A DNA stretch of 48,488 nucleotides, taken from the IMG/VR virus record IMGVR_UViG_3300044477_000165, positions 1 to 48,488 of that record; one strand, written 5' to 3'. Positions 1 to 8,414 of this stretch are shown in pieces. The notes under the pieces are model-generated. The model was not told where the DNA came from. It was given only the letters and a program-made list of their open reading frames with translations, and did not search any database. The first letter of the stretch is position 1, and each line of letters begins with the position of its first letter. Source of the stretch: a virus. Lineage: Duplodnaviria; Caudoviricetes. Made by a program: the position numbers and the translations under genes.

Positions 1-115
1 CTTCACGCTCTCCTATAACTGTTCACCCGGGGTACATAACCGATCACGTTAGCGCGCTGCGCAGGGCGGGGCCGGTCGTGGAGCGATGCGTAACAAGCGG
101 GGCCCTGTCAGGCGA

Positions 116-202
116 ATATGTACACGCACGGGTGGGGTATATGTATACGCACATATGTACACGAACACGCCTACGCGAGAGGGCGGGTATATGTACACGC
201 AC
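116..202 (+). repeat. Four direct copies of ATATGTAYACG(C/A)AC (iteron-like)
   Basis: Copies at 116-129, 139-152, 153-166 and 189-202. Related ATATGTGCAC copies near 484 and 617, and inverted copies near 347 and 408. Confidence 0.8.
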
Positions 203-260
203 GAGCAGGGCCGCGCTAGATCTCGCTCCCATAATGACGCTTCTCGGCGGGGGTAAAAAC

Positions 261-320
261 CAAAACGCCGGGGAAGGGGGGAGGCCGTTGCAACGGCTCT
301 CCCCCTTCCCCGGCGTTTTG
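261..320. repeat. 60-bp near-perfect palindrome
   Basis: Left arm CAAAACGCCGGGGAAGGGGGGAGGCCGTTG, right arm CAACGGCTCTCCCCCTTCCCCGGCGTTTTG. The arms match at 27 of 30 positions, with no loop and centre TTGCAA. Confidence 0.9.
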
Positions 321-555
321 TGGTTATTCCCCCTGGCTTTTGAAGTTGTACATATAAAAGTCCAACGATTACGTGCAATTACAGATTTGCTCGTGTAGCG
401 CTTTTCCGTGCACATATACCGAATTCGCCAACGATTACAACGATCTCCACACTTGCGCCGTGCGTAAGTGCGACGTGTGCCGAATATGTGCACGCGGGAA
501 AAATCACCCATAAATGCCGTCTTTTCTAAATGTGCACGAAAGCGGGCCAAAATCC

Positions 556-727
556 TCAATGATTCCGCTTTTGACCAGCCCGCCCCGAAAAAGTGTCGTT
601 TCCCTCGTGTTCGCATATATGTGCACGGAATTCTTCAATGGTTTCGCTGTAAGTTCCCGCGAAATGGCCATTCTGCCGCTAAAGACGAAAAGTACACGAA
701 AAAGATCAATGAATCCGCTTTTAACCA
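556..727 (+). repeat. Direct repeat TCAATGA(T/A)TCCGCTTTT(G/A)ACCA
   Basis: Copies at 556-577 and 706-727 (20/22 identical). A degenerate third copy TCAATGGTTTCGCT lies near 635. Confidence 0.75.
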
Positions 728-733
728 ACTTTC

Positions 734-783
734 GTGCACATTTCTCCTTGCACGCCGCCGCGCGATATGGGACACCTAACTTG
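734..783 (+). promoter_or_regulatory. Putative early promoter, copy 1
   Basis: GTGCACATTT..TTGCACGCC..GCG(A/G)TATGGGA(C/T)ACCTAACTTG is shared with 1388-1436. TTGCAC resembles a -35 hexamer. Directly upstream of the RBS (AAGGA) and ATG at 806. Confidence 0.7.
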
Positions 784-805
784 CCACGACGAAAGGACAT
801 CGAAA

Positions 806-1357
806 ATGAGCACCATCACCTACCGTATCGACACCATGCACGGCGACACACTGCACGAGAACCTCCGTCTCGGGGAGGGTGAAGTCCGAGAGCTTGCCCA
901 GAAGCATGCCAACGAGCGCCAAGAGCCAGTGTACATTTATGACGACTTCAACGCCGACGCGACCGAGGTCTTGCCTGAACCGCCAGCACCGACGCTCGAA
1001 TCGATCTGCGCCGACCACGACGTGTGCGAGGGCCGACGGGAGACCCTCGCCCTCGCCATCATCGCGGGAGCGGACCGCGCCACGCTCGAGCGCATCCGCG
1101 ACGCTTTGCGCGTGCGCCGTGGCCTTGTGATGACGCTCCCCGCCCACCGTTTCGAAGGCCTCTCACGAGGCCGAGGATGGTGCCGCAAGGGCAAGGGCGA
1201 CAATGCCGTCTGGGGCACCCGCGTGAGCGACGGCTACGAGGTGGGCAAAGGCAAGTGGACGGTCGGCGGCAGTGACGGCTTCACTCGCAAGGGCCAGGAT
1301 GAGTGGCTTGTCGAGGAGATCACGGTCGGCGACCTGACGTGGACGGTCGCAAACTAG
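806..1357 (+). CDS. Hypothetical early protein (183 aa)
   Basis: AAGGA RBS before ATG 806 (MSTITYRID...), phage-typical codon usage. Confidence 0.8.
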   Translation: MSTITYRIDTMHGDTLHENLRLGEGEVRELAQKHANERQEPVYIYDDFNADATEVLPEPPAPTLESICADHDVCEGRRETLALAIIAGADRATLERIRDALRVRRGLVMTLPAHRFEGLSRGRGWCRKGKGDNAVWGTRVSDGYEVGKGKWTVGGSDGFTRKGQDEWLVEEITVGDLTWTVAN

Positions 1358-1387
1358 CACACACCACCCCACGCTTCTTGGAACGCC

Positions 1388-1436
1388 GTGCACATTTACG
1401 TTGCACGCCCGCGCGCGGTATGGGATACCTAACTTG
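1388..1436 (+). promoter_or_regulatory. Putative early promoter, copy 2
   Basis: Near-identical to 734-783. Precedes the GGGAG RBS and ATG at 1455. Confidence 0.7.
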
Positions 1437-1454
1437 TCGCCAGGGAGAAGCCAA

Positions 1455-1601
1455 ATGAAAAACCTATACCGCACCATCCTCCAGAACCTCGTGTGTGACC
1501 GCTACGCCGACCGTGACGCCGCCTACCGCGCAATCGACGAGGCCTACCAGGCCGGGCAGCTCACGACGGTCCAGCAACGTGACCTCGAGAGCCGCGTCTA
1601 G
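1455..1601 (+). CDS. Small hypothetical protein (48 aa)
   Basis: GGGAG RBS, MKNLYRTILQ..., follows the repeated promoter. Confidence 0.7.
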   Translation: MKNLYRTILQNLVCDRYADRDAAYRAIDEAYQAGQLTTVQQRDLESRV

Positions 1602-1618
1602 GCTCCCACGAGCTTCCC

Positions 1619-1646
1619 AGCCCCGCCGCTTCCGAGCCGCGGGGCT
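1619..1646 (+). other. GC-rich stem-loop between early genes
   Basis: AGCCCCGC / GCGGGGCT 8-bp stem. No long U tract follows. Confidence 0.35.
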
Positions 1647-1667
1647 TGGGGCGTTGGAGGACCCACC

Positions 1668-1841
1668 ATGATCGAAGTCGACTGGACACGTTTGCACAGG
1701 GCACTGAAAGCTTGCCTGCTCGTCGCAGGCACGGACACCGACCACGGCACCCGCGATCGCAACCGCCTTGAACTTCTCGGGTGGCGTGTTACCATTGCCA
1801 CCCGCACCGAATGGGCCTTCGACTTAGAGGACACCTTCTGA
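1668..1841 (+). CDS. Small hypothetical protein (57 aa; not in the ORF track)
   Basis: GGAGG RBS, MIEVDWTRLHRALKACLL...EDTF. Its TGA overlaps the next ATG (TGATG). Confidence 0.7.
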   Translation: MIEVDWTRLHRALKACLLVAGTDTDHGTRDRNRLELLGWRVTIATRTEWAFDLEDTF

Positions 1842-2245
1842 TGAAACCAGCAAACACGCACTCTCTGCCCGAAGCCGTCCAAGCCCTCGTGAGCCGCCGC
1901 GCGTCCCGCATGACCACGCGCACGGAGCGCGGGGTCTACGTTGCCGAGCGCGGCTGCGACTTCGTGCGGTTCGAGCGCACGCGCGACGGCGTACAGGAGG
2001 CTACGATACTGGTCCCGGTTACGGCCGTGTGGCAAGACGTCGACGCAGGCAAGCCGATGGCACTCGGCGCGGCGATCAACAAGGCGAAGGCTGGTGCGCA
2101 CGTCACTCGCGCAGTGTGGCCCGAAGGGGATGTGGTGCGCGTGTGTGGTGATCGTATCGTGCGCCAGCGTGCGCCCGGCGCCGATTGGCTCTACTGGGAC
2201 CCCACACACGCGGATCTCCTCGCGGAGGACTATTACGTTGTTTGA
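1841..2245 (+). CDS. Hypothetical protein
   Basis: Coupled start MKPANTHSL. The C-terminal 'GAHVTRAVW...DLLAEDYYVV' resembles DUF2829-type small phage domains (by eye). Confidence 0.7.
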   Translation: MKPANTHSLPEAVQALVSRRASRMTTRTERGVYVAERGCDFVRFERTRDGVQEATILVPVTAVWQDVDAGKPMALGAAINKAKAGAHVTRAVWPEGDVVRVCGDRIVRQRAPGADWLYWDPTHADLLAEDYYVV

Positions 2246-2278
2246 CCGCGGCCCCGCGCCGCAGAAAGCATTGCGAAC

Positions 2279-2647
2279 ATGGTTCATCACTACATCGACG
2301 AAGATCCGCAAGAAGCACGCGAAGACGCGCGGCGCGACCGCGCCGAGCTCGAACGATTGCGCGCCGAAAACACGGCGATTCGCGCCGAGCTCGTGAAGCT
2401 CAAGCCCCCGGCAGTTATGTCCCGACCGCTCCCGCACGGTTGGACATGGGGTGTCGACTGTCGCGGGAGCGTATACGCGTCGCCGGCCACGGACCCGCAC
2501 TACAGGCTGACTCAAGGCTCGGCACCACACGAACGAGTCACGGTGCATATGCGGGTCAGTTCACTGCTTAGCGAACTCCGAGAGTGCGAAAACAAGCTAG
2601 CCGCCCTAGACGCGGTAATCGCGGCGTTTGCCGCAGAAAGCGATTGA
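2279..2647 (+). CDS. Hypothetical protein with coiled coil and PLPxGWxW motif
   Basis: 122-aa ORF, stop coupled to the next gene. Confidence 0.7.
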   Translation: MVHHYIDEDPQEAREDARRDRAELERLRAENTAIRAELVKLKPPAVMSRPLPHGWTWGVDCRGSVYASPATDPHYRLTQGSAPHERVTVHMRVSSLLSELRECENKLAALDAVIAAFAAESD

Positions 2648-2841
2648 TGATGGCACACCAAATACCCCCAGAGAAAAACGCTCACGTACGGGCTATGATC
2701 CGATCGTATGCCGAAGCGAAAGAGCTTGTGCAGACTCGCATTGACAGTCTGGAGTCTGCCCTTGCGGGCGACCGCACTACTCTCGAGGCGCTAGACTACG
2801 CAATCAAGAGTCTCTGTGATCAGGAGGGCGGAGAAGCATGA
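2647..2841 (+). CDS. Small coiled-coil hypothetical protein
   Basis: TGATG overlap, MMAHQIPPEK... Confidence 0.65.
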   Translation: MMAHQIPPEKNAHVRAMIRSYAEAKELVQTRIDSLESALAGDRTTLEALDYAIKSLCDQEGGEA

Positions 2842-3116
2842 TCCACATCGACAATCTCTCCAAAATAACCCTTCCCGCGTGCTCGGAAGGCACGTTTGAA
2901 CTCACACACACGGGGACCGATCTGTGTATCGTGCTCGTTCGCGGCGCGTTGGGCTGCATCCTCGCCATTCGCGATGACGACGCGGACTGGGCGTGGAAGC
3001 GCTATGACGGCAGCTACTCACAGGAGGTCCGCGACACGATCGATCTCTTCATCGAAGAAATCGACGCGGTGCTCGCTGATGCGGAGGGCGCGTCTGACGA
3101 CGTGTTGTACGCGTGA
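2838..3116 (+). CDS. Hypothetical protein (92 aa)
   Basis: GGAG RBS and ATGA overlap. Confidence 0.7.
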   Translation: MIHIDNLSKITLPACSEGTFELTHTGTDLCIVLVRGALGCILAIRDDDADWAWKRYDGSYSQEVRDTIDLFIEEIDAVLADAEGASDDVLYA

Positions 3117-3211
3117 AGGTCTACGTTGTCGTCAGCGACGGCGAGGCCGAATATCCTGCCGGCCTCGAAATCGTCACCGAGGGGGTTGACGAAGCCGAAA
3201 TGACCTGCTAG
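3113..3211 (+). CDS. Very small hypothetical protein (32 aa; not in the ORF track)
   Basis: GTGA overlap with the previous stop. Reads MKVYVVVSDGEAEYPAGLEIVTEGVDEAEMTC with typical codons. Confidence 0.5.
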   Translation: MKVYVVVSDGEAEYPAGLEIVTEGVDEAEMTC

Positions 3212-3237
3212 GTTCACCACCCGCATGGGGTCCAGGT

Positions 3238-3276
3238 AGCCCGCGACGTTGTTCTCCCTTTCCAACGTCGCGGGCT
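3238..3276. terminator. Hairpin between convergent transcription units
   Basis: 14-bp perfect stem AGCCCGCGACGTTG / CAACGTCGCGGGCT, 4 bp beyond the helicase stop. No clear U tract. Confidence 0.6.
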
Positions 3277-3280
3277 CCGA

Positions 3281-4771
3281 CTATTTCCCTAGCTTCGCCG
3301 CCACCGTCGCCCGCGACACGCCAAGCGCCGACGCGATTGCCCTGACGGACTTGCCTGCGGCATGCATCGCCTCGACTTGCGCGGCGTCTACACGCCCGCG
3401 CTCTCCGCTCCGCCCGCGGACGGCCACGCCTCGCGCGTGCAGGTGCATCACGACCGTGCGCTCGGCGATCCCGTACGACCTCGCGAGCGTCGCACTCGAC
3501 GCGCCTGCGCGGTAGCCCTCGACGAGCGACGTGATCTGCGCCTCGGTCAACGACCGTGAGGGTCGCCACTCGACGAGCTCCGCATCGACTGTCCGCCGCG
3601 TCTGCCGTGGGAATTCATGCCCGCACGCCTCGCACGTTCGCGCGCCCACGGGCACCAGGGCCTCGCATTCGGGGCACGCACGGAGTGCCGCGCCACCGTT
3701 GCCCCTCATCGTCTCGCCATCGTCCAGCAGGGGCCACTGATGGTCACCGATCGGATTCAATCCGCGCGCGTCGAAGTAACGGCAGTTATCCGCAAGATCC
3801 AAGACTATCGGCCGCACCGAGCCTGAGGGTCGCGTCGAACGCCCGATCATCTGCACGAGCAGTGAGAACGACAGCGTTGGCCGTGCGAGCACGACGCACC
3901 GCACGCCGGGGCAGTCCCACCCTTCTGTCAAGACCTGGCAGTTGACCAAGAGGGTTAGATCTCCGGCGACGAACGACGCGACGAGGGCGTCCCGCTCATG
4001 TGCTGGCATCGCGCCCGTGACGAGCCGTGCCGTCACGCCCGCGCGACGAAACGACCGCGCGAGGGTCTCGCCGTGCCGCGTGTCGACCGCGTACACGACC
4101 GTGGGGCGCCCCGCGGCGCGCTCGGTCCAGTGCTTGACGAGGGAGCCCACAACCTCGCGATCGCTGAGGCGCTCGGACATCGCCGAGGGATCGAAGTCGC
4201 CCCCGCGCAGTGGCACGCCTGAGAGGTCTGCACGGCCTTTGAGTGGCGCGTATATCCTTGGCAGCACCACGCGTCCCAACGCGGCCAGCGTCGACAGGGG
4301 AGGGCTTTGCACCAATGCGTCGAAGTACCGAGCCAAGCCTTTGCCATCTAGCCTGATGGGCGTCGCAGTGAATCCGTAGATCCTTGCGCCCGAGGCGTCG
4401 TAGTGCTCGTGGATGCGCGACCACCCCTCGCCCGGCACGTGGTGGGCCTCATCAAAAATCACGACGTCCGCCGCGGGGAAAGTGCGTTGCTCGAGCGTCG
4501 CTTTTGATGCGATCTGAATGCGCGCCCTGGGGTTGCCGGCGTGCCCCGCCGCGATGATGCCGACGTCCGTCAGGCCCCACTCGCGGCATCGCGTCGCCGC
4601 TTGCGTGACGAGCTCCCGGGTGTGCGCCACGAAGAGGATGCGCCCTCTGCCCATCAGCGCCACGGCCATCACCGTCTTGCCGCAGCCCGTTGGACCGACG
4701 CAGAGCACGCGGCGCCCCGCGCGTTCGATCCGTCGGAGCCAGTCACGTTGCCACGAGTGCAGTTGTTTCAT
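3281..4771 (-). CDS. SF2 DEAH-box helicase (RadD/YejH-like) with Zn ribbon and C-terminal HTH motifs
   Basis: GPTGCGKT, DEAHH, TATP, LTEGWD, QMIGRSTR. Also CPEC...CEAC, and two HTH-like segments (SATLARSYGIAERTV; SVRAIASALGVSRATV). Confidence 0.9.
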   Translation of the reverse strand: MKQLHSWQRDWLRRIERAGRRVLCVGPTGCGKTVMAVALMGRGRILFVAHTRELVTQAATRCREWGLTDVGIIAAGHAGNPRARIQIASKATLEQRTFPAADVVIFDEAHHVPGEGWSRIHEHYDASGARIYGFTATPIRLDGKGLARYFDALVQSPPLSTLAALGRVVLPRIYAPLKGRADLSGVPLRGGDFDPSAMSERLSDREVVGSLVKHWTERAAGRPTVVYAVDTRHGETLARSFRRAGVTARLVTGAMPAHERDALVASFVAGDLTLLVNCQVLTEGWDCPGVRCVVLARPTLSFSLLVQMIGRSTRPSGSVRPIVLDLADNCRYFDARGLNPIGDHQWPLLDDGETMRGNGGAALRACPECEALVPVGARTCEACGHEFPRQTRRTVDAELVEWRPSRSLTEAQITSLVEGYRAGASSATLARSYGIAERTVVMHLHARGVAVRGRSGERGRVDAAQVEAMHAAGKSVRAIASALGVSRATVAAKLGK

Positions 4772-4798
4772 GACTCGGTGTCAAGCACACACCGTGCC

Positions 4799-4867
4799 TA
4801 AATGTGCATCGTGCTCATTTGCAGCTGACAGGGCCGGCCGCCCCCTCAGTTTAGCGATAAATGTGCA
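4799..4867. promoter_or_regulatory. TAAATGTGCA motifs upstream of the helicase
   Basis: TAAATGTGCA at 4799-4808 and 4858-4867, with an inverted variant TGCTCATTT at 4812-4820. The same core occurs in the early promoters. Confidence 0.55.
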
Positions 4868-4897
4868 TGACTAGCGGGCCGAGGCCTACAGTGACGC

Positions 4898-7075
4898 CTA
4901 CGGGGCTCCGCGTGGCGACCCCGTCGCACCGCCCCGTTTTGCGACGTGCCGAGATGCCACGCTCCCGATTGGCGGCAAGATGCCTTCGGTGCGCGCCGCT
5001 TCCTCGACACGCTCGCGCAGGGCGACCATCACGCTGCGGTTGCTCGGCAGATCGGTTTCGATGATCGTCCCACGCTTGCGGAGCTCGGCACGTGCTTCGG
5101 CCCAGGCCTTGGCGGTGATGCCGATGGCCGAGCGGATCTTGCGTGGATCCATGCCGAGGCCCATTCGATCGGATTCACGCAGCAACGCTTCCACGCGATC
5201 TGCGTCGCGCGCAGCTTCGGCCAGCGTCGCCCGCATTTTGGCGATGCCAGGCGTCTCGGAGGGCTTCGCGTCGCCCTCCTGGATTTCCGCGATCAGGCTG
5301 TCGCCGTCGCCATCACGGAACCGCACATCGAAGCCCGCGAAGCCGGTCTCGGGTGCACGCGCGCAGCCGACGTGAACGCAGTGCTTGTCTCGCTCGTCCG
5401 GGTAGTGCACGACGATCGCGGTCTGTGCGAGCGCGGCGAAGGCGCCCGAGTAGGCGATATCCGAAAGCGCGGGCTCGCCCGCTTTCGCGTTGGCTTTCGA
5501 GCGATGCGCGATCGCGAGCACGAGCACGTCGAGGCGCGCTAAGAGCTGTGCGAGGATCGCGTATTGTGGCGTGCTCGAATCGATCCCCGTTGGAAGCATC
5601 GCCGTTGTGTAGGAGTCGAGCAGGACGGCGCCGATGTTGCGCTCGCGAACGACGCGCTCGAGTTCGCCCTGGTTTTCTGGCGTCGTGAGGTCGCCCAACG
5701 TCGAGCCATCAATCACGACGAGCCGCCCTTCGAGTTGCGCGGGGTCCTGCCCGAGTCCACGTGCAAGCCGGCGAAGTCGTCGCATCGTCAACCGCACGCC
5801 CTCGCAGTCAATCAAGAGCACGTTCGTTTGCTCGCATTGGTGCACGCCGAAGGCTTTCAAACCCAGTGCAAAACACACCGCCAGGTGATTCGCGATCGGG
5901 CCCTTTCCGCCGCCGGGGTTGCCCGCGATCACCGAGATTTTCCCGCGCGCAGGCGCAAGTCTGAGGCCCTCGCACAGGTACTGGATCGGTTCCTCCGGTG
6001 ACAAGAAGGACATCGGCTGATCCCAAGGCGAGCGCGTCGGATCGGGCGGCTGCGCCACGTGGAAGGGCTCGGGTGCCGCGCGCATGCGTTCCTCGAGACG
6101 TTGCGCGTAGCGCTCGATCGGCGTCGCTCGCGAGCTTGCCGCGCGACGAGCCTCATATCGCAGCTTGGTCGCATCCCACGGCGGCAGGCAACGCGGGTTG
6201 AAGTACTCATCGAGCACGAATTCGATCGCCTCGGCATCTTCGCCGAGCACTGTCGCCAGCTCACGAGCGCAACGGAATAGGCTGTCGTCGCCGCCGAGGC
6301 CCTCGATGCTCGGGGGCATGCGCTCGGCGATCGCAATCGCGCGGCGCATCGCGAGCTCGTCAACGTCGTCCACATCGTTCGCAGGCGTTGGGGCCGCCGC
6401 CTTCGCCGCCGGAGGCTCGCGCCACGTCTCGAGATCGAACGTCGGAACCGCGTCAATGCATGCCACTTCGGAGCGCTGCGGCTTGCCGTCGCGCTTGACG
6501 TTCGGCAAGCGATAAATGCGGGTCCAGTCTTTACAACGCTCGTCGATCTCGATGCCGTGCTCGGCGCGCAACGTCTCGCGCCATCCCAGATAGAATTCCC
6601 ACCATAGGCGCTCGTCACGCTCGTGCTCGATCACATAGGTGTCCGGAAGCATCTCGAGCACGCGGTAGCCGTTGCGCGTGCGATACCAAGCTAGCCCCGA
6701 GGCCTCGAGACGCGCCTCCGTCTCCGCGCGCCACTCTGGCGTAGCGACGTGCCCGGGGCCATCGACGTCGCCCACGAGCACGTTCAGTCGCGCGGGGATC
6801 CCTTCTGCGATCGCAGTCCGCGTGTGACGCACGGGCATCGTCTCGCCCGTATCGTTGCCGTCCGCGTCGAGCACGGGCACTTCAATAGGTTCGTAGGCGA
6901 CGAAGTGCGCGTCAGTTGGCCAGACGCGTGCCAGGGCATCGTGCAGCGTGGTCGGCGTGACGTCTCCTCGTTGCAGGCCTCGCTCTTGGGCGGCTTCGGA
7001 TGCGGGAGACGCTACGCGAGCGTGCGTGAGCACGGCGACCTGTGGACTGGACGGCATGGTGTGTAGCCCTGACAC
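4898..7075 (-). CDS. Primase-helicase (prim-pol-like N-terminus, PriCT-like domain, AAA_25/RepA-type helicase)
   Basis: GDVD, YRTRNGYR and RIYRLP motifs; FNPRCLPPW; Walker A GNPGGGKG; Walker B LLDS. The start may be ATG 7057. Confidence 0.8.
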   Translation of the reverse strand: MSGLHTMPSSPQVAVLTHARVASPASEAAQERGLQRGDVTPTTLHDALARVWPTDAHFVAYEPIEVPVLDADGNDTGETMPVRHTRTAIAEGIPARLNVLVGDVDGPGHVATPEWRAETEARLEASGLAWYRTRNGYRVLEMLPDTYVIEHERDERLWWEFYLGWRETLRAEHGIEIDERCKDWTRIYRLPNVKRDGKPQRSEVACIDAVPTFDLETWREPPAAKAAAPTPANDVDDVDELAMRRAIAIAERMPPSIEGLGGDDSLFRCARELATVLGEDAEAIEFVLDEYFNPRCLPPWDATKLRYEARRAASSRATPIERYAQRLEERMRAAPEPFHVAQPPDPTRSPWDQPMSFLSPEEPIQYLCEGLRLAPARGKISVIAGNPGGGKGPIANHLAVCFALGLKAFGVHQCEQTNVLLIDCEGVRLTMRRLRRLARGLGQDPAQLEGRLVVIDGSTLGDLTTPENQGELERVVRERNIGAVLLDSYTTAMLPTGIDSSTPQYAILAQLLARLDVLVLAIAHRSKANAKAGEPALSDIAYSGAFAALAQTAIVVHYPDERDKHCVHVGCARAPETGFAGFDVRFRDGDGDSLIAEIQEGDAKPSETPGIAKMRATLAEAARDADRVEALLRESDRMGLGMDPRKIRSAIGITAKAWAEARAELRKRGTIIETDLPSNRSVMVALRERVEEAARTEGILPPIGSVASRHVAKRGGATGSPRGAP

Positions 7076-7146
7076 GGATTTTATAGCCGTGCAACCTCAA
7101 AATAGTTGTTGCACCGCGCCGATGGGCGCGCTACCACTGGATCGCC

Positions 7147-7305
7147 ATGCAAAAAGCACCCCGACTCCTCGCCACCGTCGCCCTCCGCACGGCCCTCGCA
7201 CTCACCGCCCGAGCCGCAGGGAATCACGCCAAGCCGGCCACGGCAGCCCGACGCGCTCGTGTCAGGACCCATGCCATCCTAGCACAAGCGGGGCTCGTGG
7301 GGTGA
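7147..7305 (+). CDS. Small basic hypothetical protein (52 aa)
   Basis: MQKAPRLLATVAL..., first ORF after the divergent intergenic region. Not in the ORF track. Confidence 0.35.
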   Translation: MQKAPRLLATVALRTALALTARAAGNHAKPATAARRARVRTHAILAQAGLVG

Positions 7306-7395
7306 TTGGCTCAACGCCGCCAACGGCGCACCTCTCCCCCGAGGCAACCGAGGCTTTGCTCCGCAGCCGTCAAGCGCTGACCGCACGGCCGCTTG

Positions 7396-8181
7396 ATGTC
7401 GAAGAAATCATCCGTGCGAAACCTAAATTGTACCAGGAACGGATTTCCACAAGTGACCTCCCGACGCTCCCGCCCCCCGCCCCTCTCCCTCGAGGACGAG
7501 CACCAGTTGATCCGCCGCGCCCAGAGCGGCGAGAAGCGCGCCCGGAATGACCTTGCTGCGCGTCTGATTCCCTACGCGCGGAGCTTGGCGCGCCGCCTAT
7601 GCAAGTCGCGCCGGGCATGCCTCTACGATGAAGTGTTCTCGGCGGCGTGCCTTGGGATCGCCGAGGCGATCGATCGATTCGACCTGGAGCGCAAGACGCG
7701 CTGGACGACGTACGCGATCTATTACGCCCGCTGGCGCGCCCTCGGCGTCGTGCAGGCCGACGTCGCCACGCACACGGGCTATTCAGTGTCGTCGGTGCGT
7801 CGGGGCAGGGTTCCCGGCCTCGGCCACTACGACGTACGCTGCGCACAGCTCGATCGCGTGGCGGGAAATCGTGACGCTGAGCACGATATCGTGATGGGCA
7901 GGACGACGGAACGAACCGCGCCCGTGCTCGATCTCTTGCGCGACGTCGCGGACCCGGAGGGTCAGTACGGCAGCCTCGAACGGTCCGTGCAGTTGTTCGC
8001 CGCGATCGATGCCCTGCCGACGCCGCAGCGTCGCGTGATTCGCGCACGTTGGCTCGGGGAGTTCCCGCGCACGCTCGAGCAGACCGCCGGTCTTTTGAAG
8101 ATCCCAAAGCGCCTAGTCGCCGAGTACGAGCGCGAGGCGATGGCGACGCTAAAACAGGTACTCACGGAGGACGACGAATGA
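7396..8181 (+). CDS. Sigma70-family RNA polymerase sigma factor
   Basis: Region 1.2/2: LSLEDEHQLIRRAQSGEKRARNDL...LGIAEAIDRFDLERKTRWTTYAIYY. Region 4 HTH: TLEQTAGLLKIPKRLVAEYEREAM. Start uncertain (GTG 7453 possible). Confidence 0.85.
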   Translation: MSKKSSVRNLNCTRNGFPQVTSRRSRPPPLSLEDEHQLIRRAQSGEKRARNDLAARLIPYARSLARRLCKSRRACLYDEVFSAACLGIAEAIDRFDLERKTRWTTYAIYYARWRALGVVQADVATHTGYSVSSVRRGRVPGLGHYDVRCAQLDRVAGNRDAEHDIVMGRTTERTAPVLDLLRDVADPEGQYGSLERSVQLFAAIDALPTPQRRVIRARWLGEFPRTLEQTAGLLKIPKRLVAEYEREAMATLKQVLTEDDE

Positions 8182-8414
8182 ATACGCACGCATGCGAGCA
8201 GTGTAAGCATTACACAACCGGGCCCATCGACTTCAAGCGCGGGCATTATTGTGACGCCCTGGGCGATCGCGAATTCGACATTATCGCAGGTCGGCACTTG
8301 CCCGCGTACGACGAGTGCCAAGACGTTCGCGACGCGTGGCGCCCGACGTGCACGCGTTACGCCAAGGCGTCGTGGTGGCACCGCTTCGACCAACGGCTTC
8401 GGAGTTTCTCATGA
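8178..8414 (+). CDS. Small Cys-rich hypothetical protein
   Basis: GGAGG RBS and ATGA overlap. CEQC...C...C...C pattern. Confidence 0.7.
   Translation: MNTHACEQCKHYTTGPIDFKRGHYCDALGDREFDIIAGRHLPAYDECQDVRDAWRPTCTRYAKASWWHRFDQRLRSFS

Noticed and set aside
110-730. CRISPR array or mini-array
   Set aside because: The repeats are short, degenerate and irregularly spaced, with no constant-length spacers. The Cas4-like gene is a typical stand-alone phage nuclease.
44-882. ORFs in the left-end region
   Set aside because: The translations mirror the DNA repeats (VYIY, CTR), codon usage is atypical, and there is no RBS.
3093-3236. Structured ncRNA or hammerhead ribozyme (several hairpins, CTGACGA and GAAA words)
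   Set aside because: The core elements are not correctly arranged, and the stretch is better explained by a coupled 32-aa ORF (3113-3211).
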